From contig OZ218964.1 in the NCBI GenBank assembly GCA_965112735.1, positions 1,922,001-1,986,000 on the forward strand: a stretch of DNA of 64,000 nucleotides. Reading direction: 5' to 3'. Below the pieces are notes generated by a model. It had not been told where the DNA came from, did no database searches, and saw only the letters and a list, made by a program, of their open reading frames with translations. Source of the DNA: Phaeosaccion multiseriatum (lineage: Eukaryota; Protista; Ochrophyta, other classes). Both the position numbers and the translations under genes were made by a program. Positions 49,598-60,914 of this stretch are shown one piece after another. Position 1 is the first letter of the stretch; every line of letters starts with the position of its first letter.

Positions 49598-50335
49598 TTG
49601 GAGGGCGAGGGCGAGGGTGAGGAGCCACAGCCATGCAGCAGAGTCCGTCCAAGCCCAGCAGGAGAAGCAGCAGCAGTTGGTGATACAGCACCAGCAGCAC
49701 ACGACGAGGCGGAGATCGTCTACCGGTGGAGCGTGAGGAGCCGAATGATGAGGTGCCAAAGGGCCGCGCCCACTTCCCCGCGTCTCTCGCACGTCGTTCT
49801 TCCCTGGCCCGCTGAGGCACTGTCACAGGCACTACACGGAGGGGTGAGGATGCAGAGCGTTATGCGGTCATGCAGCGTAGCACTGTGTACCTCGATGGCG
49901 TCTCGGGTGAGGGGCATGGGCGTGGAAGAGAAGCAAGGCGCCTACCACCAGGACCTGATTAAACCGTACATTGACGGCGTGCGAGGGCAACCGAAGGGGC
50001 TGTCCGATGGTTTTGCTCGGTACTACATTCGCTACTGCCCCGTTTGTTGGGGCACGAGCTCTCTGCAGGAGCAGCGCAGCGTGGAGGATGGGGAGGTCAC
50101 CGAAGGAGAGCCGCCCACACTGACGCGCGTAGAACAAATGAGGAGGCGCAAGGCGCAAGGCATACCATTGAGGCGTGAGTACTACGTTCGGTGGGCGATG
50201 AGGGAAGGAGGGCGCTATCGGACTTGGGAGTGGGACGATTGGTTGCTGCAGCAAGGCTACAGGGCGGCGATTGAGGCTTTCGAGGACGCGATAGAGCCAG
50301 GGGCTCTCGACCCTAGCACGCAACGCAAGCGCTAA
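49598..50335 (+). CDS. Chromodomain-like C-terminal exon of a poorly defined, possibly degenerate gene
   Basis: RVEQMRRRK..EYYVRWA..RTWEWDDWL..AIEAFE matches the chromo pattern VE.I...R..EY.V.W....TWE...L....I..F. Start uncertain. Confidence 0.5.
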   Translation: MEGEGEGEEPQPCSRVRPSPAGEAAAVGDTAPAAHDEAEIVYRWSVRSRMMRCQRAAPTSPRLSHVVLPWPAEALSQALHGGVRMQSVMRSCSVALCTSMASRVRGMGVEEKQGAYHQDLIKPYIDGVRGQPKGLSDGFARYYIRYCPVCWGTSSLQEQRSVEDGEVTEGEPPTLTRVEQMRRRKAQGIPLRREYYVRWAMREGGRYRTWEWDDWLLQQGYRAAIEAFEDAIEPGALDPSTQRKR

Positions 50336-50889
50336 CTGACAGTGGGTCAGAGCCGAGACGCAGCACCGCCTGAGGTTCTGAGCGGCACGGCGTAGAGGAG
50401 CAGGAGTAGCGCGGGCGGTCGAGGAGTAGAGAGGGCATTGGGGATGTTGGGAAAGACGTGTTGGACATCCAGCAAGGCAGTCACAGATGGCGTCGTGGCC
50501 CCCTGGGGTACCACGTGACGGGCCCTGTGGCCCTCAGTATCAGGAAGCTGGTTAGGTGAAGCTTGAGAGCGTGGCTTGCGACCACTTAACCTAACCAGCT
50601 TCCTACAGTCCCCCCCCCCCTAAAGGGGAGGGAGAGGGTCAAAGGGCACGTCCACTTCCCCGCGTCCCCCTCTTTCGTCTCTCGATGGCACAACAAACAC
50701 TCAACAAGGGCCCGAACTACCAGCATCTTTCTTCTTTGAGTCCTACTAGTCCTACTTTTGCTAGACTGACACCTACCCCTTGAACACCGGCATGATCCTC
50801 ATCCACAGCTACTGCACCGCCAACCATTGCATCAGTGCTTCGAGCCACTCCAGCTGGGCCTGACCCATCCGAGGGGGGAGGGAGGGGGG

Positions 50890-51005
50890 GGGATGGCAGT
50901 GGATGGCAGTGGATGGCAGTGGATGGCAATGGATGACAGTAGACGGGGTGGCAGTGGATGGCAGTAAATAAGAGTGACGGGTGGAGGGGGGATGGCAGTG
51001 GATGG
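50890..51005. repeat. Decamer minisatellite (GGATGGCAGT)n
   Basis: About 8 exact or degenerate copies. Confidence 0.85.
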
Positions 51006-51217
51006 GGCGGGGAGGACTCGGAGATGGGGAGGAGCGTTGGATAGCGGCTTACAGTAGAGAAGACAACAAGCAGCCATTTACCCATCCACCCACACCTACC
51101 CACGTACCCCCACCTGCCCACCCACCCACCCACGCACGCACCTACCCACTTACTGACAAACTTCATCCACCCACGCATTGACCACAACCCCCCCCCACCC
51201 ATTGACATACCCACCTA

Positions 51218-51274
51218 TCGACCCCTGACACGCTATCGCCCACTTTCTCGATAGCGCGCTATCCGCCGCCGGCC
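51218..51274 (-). mobile_element. Truncated 'GCTATC' MITE end, reverse orientation
   Basis: tcgacccctgacacgctatcgcccactttctcgatagcgcg approximates the reverse complement of the family right end. Confidence 0.75.
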
Positions 51275-51422
51275 AAACCCAGCCACTGGACTTCGTGCAC
51301 TGACCTGCTAGCAAAAGCCAAAAGAAGGCAAAAAATGTGTCACCAAAGAGCGGTTCGGCGCCGCGGCCCAAAAAAAAAGACAGGCGCCATGTGGGGTTTG
51401 GAACGCATTACAGTTTTTTCAG

Positions 51423-51430
51423 TTTATATA
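51423..51430 (+). promoter_or_regulatory. TATA box of the U6 Pol III promoter
   Basis: TTTATATA about 30 nt upstream of the inferred U6 start. Confidence 0.7.
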
Positions 51431-51453
51431 CCTAAAAATTACCATACCCCGCT

Positions 51454-51570
51454 GGATCCACTCGAAAGAGTGGCTATCTATGAAATTGATTACAAAACAG
51501 AGAAGATTAGCTTGGCCCCAGCACATGGATGACACGCACTAGTTGAGAAGAGGTTTCAATCTATTTTTTT
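51454..51570 (+). ncRNA. U6: U6 spliceosomal snRNA
   Basis: 5' hairpin ccactc-gaaa-gagtgg; ACAGAGA box 51497-51503; AGATTAGC with AGC triad; ISL ggccccagcacatggatgacacgca; oligo-T terminator 51564-51576. Confidence 0.93.
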
Positions 51571-51834
51571 TTTTTTCTCCCCCTTTTTTTTTTGCATGCT
51601 ACGAGCGTAAAGGAGGGGGGGAGATGGCAGGAAATGATTAAAGGAGTGCATGGGCATTATTCTCTGAGCACTGCCACTCCCAAAGCACTACATGTACACG
51701 AGTTTCCCTGAAGGAGAGAGTAGAGAGTAGCGAGAAGTGATAATGGTACCGCAGTTGGTCGTCTGCTGGCCAGTCGCCAAAGAGCGAATCGTCTCAACTG
51801 CCAATTCCCCCCCAAAATGTGGGATTGAGAGCGG

Positions 51835-54800
51835 ATGGGCACAATTGCCGGGATATCCACACGCTCAGCGAGACAGGTGCTTGCCAGGTGTGTGTTAATT
51901 CTGTTCTCTGCTGTCCAAATAGTGTTTTGCCGTCTTACGTCCCCCCCCCCCCCCCTCCCCAGAGTGGTTGAGGAGAGTCTGAAAGCCTCGTTCAGAGATG
52001 CGCCTCCACCGAGTCTTCAGCGCCTGTGGAGGAAGGATCTCGTCGGTGGTACAGCGCAGGTGAGGACTGTAAGAGGGCAGCCGAGTCGCGCTGAGCCTTG
52101 CCAGCCACTAAAAGACGTCTGTTTGTTCCAAACGCAGCTCTGCCTCAACGCATGTATTTGGCTCCTTCTCGCGGGGTGCATTTACGGCACGGTCGCTGGG
52201 CAGTCTTATGTTGAATACCTGGTCATGGTGTTCCTCGTCGCCTCGCTCATGCTCGCCAACGCGCTCGTGAAGGTGCGTTCCTCTCAACTTTTTTTTGTAC
52301 AAAGTGAATTAGGAAGTGCGGCAAAGCCAACACCGTCCATAAAGCAGTCAAAACCATAACTCTTGAAGCCAAGTCTGGCTGGTACCGTGGAAGGAGTAGG
52401 AGGTTGGAGTAGAAAGAGTGGAAGGGGGGTGTAATCCTTTCCTCCTCTTTTTACTTCATTTCTTTTCTGCCACAGCATCAGGCATTGTTTGACTTTCCCT
52501 CATCGCCACATGCATACATACGAATGTATACCAGGCCGTGTATGAGCGATGCAACGCTCTCGAGCTGCGGCACCGACTGTTGAGTGCTCGAGGAGCTTTT
52601 GTGAAAGCAGCTAGCCTCGCTGAAGGTGAGCACCGAGCGCTTGAAAAGACAGGGTGACGGACGACCCCGGTCAGGCAGTGTGGAACTTTGAGGATAACCA
52701 CAGCCCGATACTACGACCACCCAGGTTCTTTCACCAACGAAAGGGGCAAGCTGCGATCAACTCCCAAAGCTTCGTGGGCTTCAGGACTTGTCCCCGGCGG
52801 GACAGCTCAGTCGGTCTTCTCCGTGTACAGGTAGAGAGGGGCCCTATGGAAGCCTTAATAAGCTTCCACAGCCCCCAAGACGCCCCTCAAACTCGTTCGT
52901 TGGTTAATATATAACTCTCTCCTTCTCCGCAGGGACGGATGCTGGCAGCGAGTGCCTCGCCTATTGCTGGTGCAGGGGGACATCATTGCGCTTATGGGTG
53001 GGGATACTGCTCCTGCTGCTGTGCAGCTCCTGCAGTTTGATGCACGCACCAAGGATATGCTACTGAACTGTGCAAAAGAGGAGGCACAACAAGGTACTAC
53101 TGTACACGGTTCCTATTCAAGCACAGTCCGCCCCCCGCATATTGATGCAAGTACACGCCCCATGTTGGTGTGGATTGTTGCAGAGACCGGACCTTGTCAC
53201 CCCGACAATCTACAATGGGAAGCGGTGGGGTCCACCATTGTGGCCGCGAATGAGCGTATTCAGCTCAGGGCAGAAGCAGTGGACCGCTTCGACAAGCGAG
53301 CCATGCTCGCGCCCAACTCTCCTTTGCTCCTTCTTCTGTGCGGGGATATTCGCTGCTACGAACTGCTGGCGACACCGTTGCAGCAGCATCTGACGAGGTT
53401 TCTGCCGTTGGTACGTACAATTGCTCGCGCACCCACGTTTCAATCAAATGTGGAGGGTGTTCTCTCAGGCTCCTTTCTGCTACTCCCGTCGTACCACTAC
53501 TCTTCAGAGCGAGTCGCACCCCTCGCAGCCGCCTCCGCCCTCGCTCCTTTGGCGTCGCCTTGTTGGTGCGCAGCAGACCGTCCTCCGTGCCATGCAAATC
53601 ATGACCATTGCTACATGTCTGGCCGGGTGCGTCAGAGTCGCTGTTCGAGGAGAAGCGAAAGGCTGGGTGGCAGATGTTATCATTTTGCCAGGTAAGAGGT
53701 GGCATCGCGGCCGGTGGGTCGCCTTCAGCCTCTACCATGTCCTCACCACTGTTTCTGCCCCCCCCCTCCCCCGCCCCCGGACAGTCGCAGTCGCCATTTG
53801 CCTGCTTCCACTCACGTCGCCGCTTCTTATGGTGGTCGGCGAGAGCCTTTCAACTGCAAGGTTACTTGCTGTGGTGGAGCTTGTTCTTTGCCAAAAGCGT
53901 TCAAAGCTCTCTTCCGCGCCCAATGACTCTGGTGACGCGTCCCGGACTTCTTCGCGACACGGTCCGTTTGCTCGGGAAGCTGACAACCCTGCGGCGCCAG
54001 ACAGTCCGCTGAGCCTTTCGGACGCGGATGACTTTGACGAGTTCGACGCCGATGAAAGACAGGCGCTCCTCTCTCAGGTGGGATGCAGCCGCAAACCAAA
54101 CCCCGCAACTACACTACATTGCTCACAAGCTGCCTGTGGTATGATTCTGCGCAGGCGAGGCACGTGGTCCCGAGGCAGCGTATATGGGGATACTTTGTTG
54201 CCACGTGGCGAACGCGATGGAGGATAGGGATGATGGATGTGTCGACTCTGGGCAGGTGAGTGAGACTCTGCCCTACTTGCAGCTCCATCCTTGATTCACA
54301 CCCCGTCTCTTTTCTTTTTTATCATTGGTGAAGCGGTGGGACTACGCCTCCTGCAGAGGTGAGTGAGTCATGTTGTGTGAGCCGCATCAGCAGCTTGGTG
54401 TAGCTATGGCAAGCCCCTTTACTCCTCTTTGAGCACCCCCACCCCCCACCTCTTGCAACGGTTCGTGACACGTAAGGGACACCTGGCGGGGCTCATGAGG
54501 GCATGCGGACTTGCCGGCAGTGCCTCTGCAGCTCCGTTACTTCCCATCCCCATGCTCCAAAGCCAATTGGTGGAGAAGATTGGTGCTGTGACCATGACCA
54601 TCATGCTGGATGAGGAATCTGTTTGCGAGTCGTATTCGTCCGCGGAGGAAATCTTTCTTGCCAATTCCAAGGACGATGTCGGCATTGGGCATGGCTCTGT
54701 GCTGGACCTCCACGCCAAAGTGGAGGTACGTGTTGCCCCTGGAAAAAGGTTTTGCCATACGCACCACGTGCTGATTGATGTATGATACATGCACTTTCTC

Positions 54801-57800
54801 TCCTGACCATCAGGAGCGGGGGCTTGGCTTTGAAGATCCGAATTGGTGGTGAGAGTTTGTGTTCCCTCATGCTGGCAGGGCAGGGCAAACCCACTACTAG
54901 TACTACTTATCTTGCTGATTTTGGTATCCATCCTCTGCAGGATTCATCTACCGTCGCTGAAGCCTCTCGGATTGGCGTGCCTACTTTCTGAGCCTTTGGC
55001 TTTGTCCGTCAGTCCAACCCACGGAAGGGCTGGTGGTGCCTTGCAGAGAGAGTCGGTAGAATCTGCCACCACGTCCAGCAGCCAGAGCGCGGAAAGCAAG
55101 AGGCCAGATGAAGCACTGGTAGACCATGTGCGGCAGGTATGTGTTGAGCACGCAAAGGGGAGGGGCCTCTCTCTAGACTTCTCGCGGACTTCGTGTCGTC
55201 GTGTCGTCAAAGTGTCATGTGTCTCTCATGGTACGCCCGGCTGATCGTCTGTCTCTCCTGTACGCCAGCCCGTACCCCTTGAGCACCTCACGCAAAACAT
55301 GCTCTGGAAAGCCATTGGATTCTCGGAGCAGGACAGGGCGACCTTCAAGGAGAGGAGACAGATCCACGTCATCAGCCCCAGATTGGCCGCACACAGGTGA
55401 AACACATTCTTTTATTGAGCGAGGCCCCGAGCAGCCCCTAGTAGTAACCTCCCCCCCTCTCCCCTGGATAACGATGTATCCACACGCCCTAAGGGCAACG
55501 GACGACCTGCATGCCCAAGGCCAGGCTGAGGCACGACGAAGGGGGAGCATGAGGCCGCACGTAACGGGGCTTGTGGTAGAGGACCGAAAGTCAAAGGCGC
55601 TACAGCTCCTCAGGTCAGCTTTCGGCCAAAAGGTGTCCCCTTTCCGCCCTCGGACTCCCCTTGCACGAGCTGACCTCCTCTTGTTTTTGTCTTGATAGCC
55701 AAGGCTACCCTTCCATCGTGCTGTCCATGTGCCCGGACTATTGGGACGGCTCAACCATCTCGCCTATGCCCATGACTCTCAGGAGAAAGATTCTCGACAT
55801 GCATACGCAGGTTGGTGGGACATGAGCTCTGTCTGTCTAGTCTGTGGTTGAGAGCACACAAACCCATCCCTACCCCTGCTGTGCTGCACTGCCGCACAGT
55901 GGGCTCTGGAAGACCTGGATGTGGTTGCATTTTCCTACTCGCCGGTTCCGTACACAGTGCAGGTTGGTGTGTGTGTGTGTGCGCGCGCGCGTCTGTGTCT
56001 CTCTCTTTCTCTTCTTGACTGTTACGAACTCTTTTTTTGTGCTTCAGTCGCACCTCGCAACGCCGTCCAAGGCTCCAGACTACCTCGTCTACTCAAAGCA
56101 CGGCCATGAAGACCGAGGCGCAGCGGGGGGAGCGGGGGTTGGAACTGTCAAAGTGAGAAAGAGCCTTCATGGGAGGGACCTCCCGTCAACCTCAGACAAA
56201 TTCGAGTCAAGGGGGACACCGAGCACTCGCGGAGGAAGAAAATCTGCCAGCAAGGCGGGGCTCCCAGACAAGGTCCGACGGAGTGCGGCAACAGCGACGT
56301 CGTTGGTCCCCTCGGACGCAGACACAGGTGCATACAACAGCAGCAGCCACTCTCTCACCACCGACAAAGTGGTCGTCTCTAGCATTGGTAGCGGATTCCC
56401 CTCTGAAGGATACGAGGGGGACGACGAAAACGTGTGGGGTGCGAGAAAGCAGGGGGGGATGGGGATGGTGAGTGAGGCGGAGGAGCAGGGTGCTGGGAGA
56501 GGTGAACACGACAGCGGAGCCGGATCCGACGAGCATAGTGGTGGAACCCAGGAGGGGCACCAACGCAGCAGAGTCGAGTCCGCGGCAGCAGCCGTTGTCG
56601 ACAGACCAGCCAATGAGGGCGAGCAGCTTTTCCCGCTGCGTGGCAATCCGCTCTCCCAGGACACCGTCGTTACCAGCGCCAGCCTCCACGGCGCTGGCAG
56701 AAGGCGGCTGACGACTGGAGGAAGTCCAGCACCTCTTTCGGGTGAGTGTCACCTCCTTTTTGTGTGTGTTTGATGAGCATGTTTTCTGAGAGGACCATCG
56801 CCCGCGACAGATGACTTTGCCACGGGGAGGAAAGGGAATGCAAGAGGACGGACGCATCAGGTATGTCTTTATTCTCGTCTCCCTTATCCATCCAATCCAT
56901 TTTGTAGTGTTGTTGTTAGTTTGGCCATTGGGTGTGCTTACTCACGCCAGGACCGTCTGTTTGACCGTCGAAAGGCTGGCACAAATGAGAGCCCGCATCA
57001 AAAAGCTCTGTGGACCCTCATGCACGATCAAGTCTTTCTAGGGATGATTGCATCCAGCGTCCCACCCAAACGAGGAATAGCGGCCTTCATCGAAGACTTG
57101 ATGGCCTCAGGAACAAGATTCGTGTACTTCTCACCGAGGTTAGAGTAGTGTGCCGAAAGTGCTCCTCATTCAAGAAGGGGCTCGCTAAGACCTCCGCTCC
57201 CCTTCCTTTCCCTGACTGCTTCCTCTGCAGGAACATGCGGAGAAGCAAAGCCCTCGCTGAGGACATGGGTGAGACGCATGAAGGTGTGTTTGTTGTCATC
57301 CTCTCATGATCCTGACGGAAATGTTGTGTGTTTCTTTCTCGAAGGAATCGAGACGGACTGGAATTGTGCGATATCACTTCGAGAGCTCGACGAGCCGGAC
57401 ACACCAGACCCACACAGGATCATCACGGTGCGCAGTTTTCTCAATGCATTCTTCCATACCAGCTTGCTTCCATTCCAAACCTTTCCGTCTTGCGGCGCTT
57501 TTCATTTCACTCACAGGACTACGCGGACTGGGACGTGAAGGCTCGTCTCCCACACGGAGTGAGGGCAATAAAGGACCATATTCTGAAAGTGGACAATGTG
57601 CCGCTCTTGGTGTCACTGTTTACAGACGCCACCGCAGACACGACAGAGGCAATGCTCAGAATCTTTCAGGAGCACGACGAGTGCGTGTTGGTGGTGAGTG
57701 TCTTTGTGGTGTTCGTGCCTGCGAGCGCTGCGCGACACGGGCCAACCCTGTAGCCCTCCCTCACTCTGTCTCAGGTGGGAACTTCGTACCGCGCACCAAA

Positions 57801-59396
57801 TGCGTACCTCTTCGGAGCTGCCGATATTGCATTCTCGCAAATGGGTCTGCCTTCGAACCAACCTTTCTCAAGCCTGCCCGCCACTCCTCATTCTTCGCGC
57901 ATCTCGGCCGATGATATCGTGTTCAACAACAACCTTGTCGGTAAGTCTCTTGTGTTGAGAGAAGGCTACAACCTATATTCTCATTTCCAACTCATTCTTC
58001 GGCCACGTGTGTCCTCTTTTTCTCCACATGTAGGCATCCACGCATCGCTTCCCCTCGGCGACCCCTACAGGCCGGGAGCAGCCATGGAGGGTGTGCATGA
58101 AGTAATTATTGAGATGCTGAAGGAGGGCAGAAGATTGCTTTGCAATGTGTACCAGGTGTGTGCATGTCTTTGGGGCTTTTGATGGGTTGTCCTCCTCCCT
58201 CCCTCGCGCCCACCTCAACCCAACATCCCATCTGTAAACTTTGTTGTAAGGCCATGGCTTTCAACCTCGTCGCTTCCTTCAGCCAAGCGTTGCTCCTGCT
58301 TTGCAGTGCGCTGCTCCCCGTCTCCCGGCCTATGCTCCCGAATGGTAGCTCTGTCATGTGGCTGCTCTGCGTTGTGTATCCCATCATCTCCATCGGACTA
58401 CTCGCTGCCCCCTCTGCGGGCGACCTCATGCGCAGAGCGCCAGAGAAGAATTCGGCAAAGGCTGTCCCCGTTGCGCTACGACACATTGTATACCTTCTCA
58501 CCAGAACCATGCCCACGGTGTTGGGCTGTTTGGTGAGTTCCTCGCGCGCCTTTTTCATTGGGTTCCGTCCGGAGGGAGACCCCACTGCTCGCTAACTCGC
58601 CTTTCGCTCGCCCGGCGCAGGTACTTTACCTGTACCTCTTTGGCGCTCTTCTCATCTCACGCGACCGCGAACTGGCGTCAAGTTGTGCGGGCGGGAATGA
58701 CGGGGTTAAGTGGACCGACACTCTGTGGTGCGAGGCACTGGCCAAGCAGCCGATGCATCCCAGCGTGTCCAAGGCGCTCTCTGTGTCGAGCGACGTGGTC
58801 TTTACGGAGCTAGTGTTATGCCTCGTGGTGCAATCTGCAGGGTTCATGTACCGTACCTCCAGTATGATGAAGGAGCAGCCATGGTGAGATCGCCCGGCCA
58901 TCATCATTTCCCAATACTGCGTCCCCACCTCACTCTGTACTCTTTGTTGTTGTTGCTTTTCTCTCTGTTAAGGCGGAACCGCATTTGGCTGTGGTGCTGT
59001 CTGCTCGTGCTTGCCCTGCAAGTCACGTTCTTGTGGGTCGCAGCGTCTATCCGGGGCGCCACATCCCTTCTCCTCAGCGTACCGTGGACTGCGTTGGTTG
59101 CGGGCCTCGCGTGGCCCCTCGCTGTGCTGGGAGTTGGAGAAGCGGTGAAGCGGCACGACCACCAACTTCACGAACGATACCTCTTGCTCCTGCGCTTGGA
59201 GTTTGATACCCGGCTCGGCATGGCAAGTAAACTCCGGCTTGGAGTGTGTATGTTTGCGTATGGGGCTACAAGGAGGGGGGATGTCTCTTCTTTGCCCCCC
59301 ATCGCCTGCTCCTCTCTCACACTCAATCCAATCGCTCTTTTCCTTCCCACCCTCTCGTATCGTATCGTCTCTTCTCGTCAGTATTCCCCGAGGTGA
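51835..59396 (+). CDS. TMEM94: TMEM94 (KIAA0195)-like P-type-ATPase-related membrane protein, many exons
   Basis: WQRVPRLLLVQGDIIAL; QVFLGMIAS..FIEDLMASGTRFVYFS; GIETDWNCAISL; ARLPHGVRAIKDHILKVDNVPLLVSLFTD; C-terminal LEFDTRLGM|YSPR*. Confidence 0.88.
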
Positions 59397-59822
59397 AGAA
59401 GAAAAGGATCGGTGCAAGACACTTGTAAATAAACTGAAAGTACTTAGTAGTTGTTAATAATACAGGTTCGACGACTGTATGAGCGCATTTCCTGTTGTCA
59501 CCACGGGGGATTCCTATGAGAGATAGAGCTAGGACTCCTCTATCTCTCACTGTAAGCCTCGGCCTTGGCTGCCGCTGTGGCGTCAGAAACGAGGCGACCA
59601 AAAGTGGGGTTCCAGCAGATTTAAGACACCGCGTATCATACGCTAGTGATAGCGTTACCAATGGGTCTGAAAGTCAGAGATAGAGGAGAGTCTGATCTAC
59701 CTCCCGCTGCCATCTCACGTGCCATCGACGTAAAATGCGCGAGAGGCAGCGTCCCGACGATATAAACCCCCATAAATGGGGCTTTAAAAAAGCGACTAGG
59801 GATATCCCTAGTCGTTTGTGTC

Positions 59823-60726
59823 TCACGCTTGAGTTCGCTCCGTGATCATAATCACATGATTCCCGAACATCGTCGTCACGGGTCCAATCGCCGTATTCAT
59901 TTGTTGCGAGTCGTCTTCCGGAGCCCGACGCCGCAAGGCCAGGACAAGCGAACAACAACAGGTAAGTCAAAGAGGCCTTCAGAAATTAACGTGTGTTGGA
60001 GGCGACAAGTACCAACAACAACATGTTCGGTAGTTAGAGAGACAAGGAGGCCAACAGAAACTACAGGCCACCGGTTGGAGACGACACTTACCGAAAACGA
60101 CATCATCGAACTGCGGCACCATGGCGCCGCGTTTAAACGATCCAAGAGAACCGCCACTCGCGCCAGATGGACAAGCGCTAAATCTGTGGAGGCAAGGCGC
60201 AGGACGAGGAATCAGACATCGTCCACGAATGGCAGGCCTGCATCTCTTCCCCTCCCTCACTTCTTTGCGAGCTCAGCCAATTTGTCCTGTCTGCTGCCCT
60301 CAGCGACAGCATTGATCTCCGCTACGAGGGCTTCGGCCTGAGCGAGTGACTCATCTCCTGGGGGCTTAATGAGAATGTGGGAGGCTTTTGCTGTCCGTGG
60401 GTCTGCAAGTTTCGAGAGAGAGAAAGGAGAGGGGAGAGGAAAAGAGAGGGAGGCAGAGAGAGAGAGAGAGAGAGAGAGAGGCGGAGGGGGTGAGGGGGTA
60501 AGGAGGCTAGAAAGGATGGGCAGCGAGGTACAGCGTACGCACCCATTGCTTTCTCAAACGACTTCGCCAGATTGCCTAGGATGTTCATCGAGAGAGGAGC
60601 AGGAGCACCTCTATTGCTGCTGCTGGGAGCGACGCGGCCCTTCACCCCAAGCGGAGCAGCGACAAAGCCCTCCCCTTGGCAGAAGAGGCCAAGGAACATC
60701 CCGAGAGCGAGTAAGATGCGAAGCAT
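59823..60726 (-). CDS. Parvulin (PpiC-type) peptidyl-prolyl isomerase, plastid-targeted, 4 exons
   Basis: Signal + GEG-FVAAP leader; AKASHILIK; ELAKK|FSACPSGASGGSLGSFKRGAMVPQFDDVVF; IGPVTTMFGNHVIMITER*. Confidence 0.88.
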
Positions 60727-60914
60727 GGTTGTTCTTCTCTTTTCTTCTTTTCTTACATCTTGCCTGAAGTTGAAGGATTCGGATTACCAACTATAGAGGG
60801 TAGGGTATCTGTGAGTCAATAACTTTTCCACCTCCCCCCCATGATCGTTTCCTTAAATCATCAAGAGGAATGAATGGGAGTGACAGTAGAAAGCGCTCAA
60901 CATAGGAGCGGGCC

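Noticed and set aside
8814-59381. Introner-like repeated introns
   Set aside because: The introns inspected are mutually dissimilar and no shared intron family was seen by eye.
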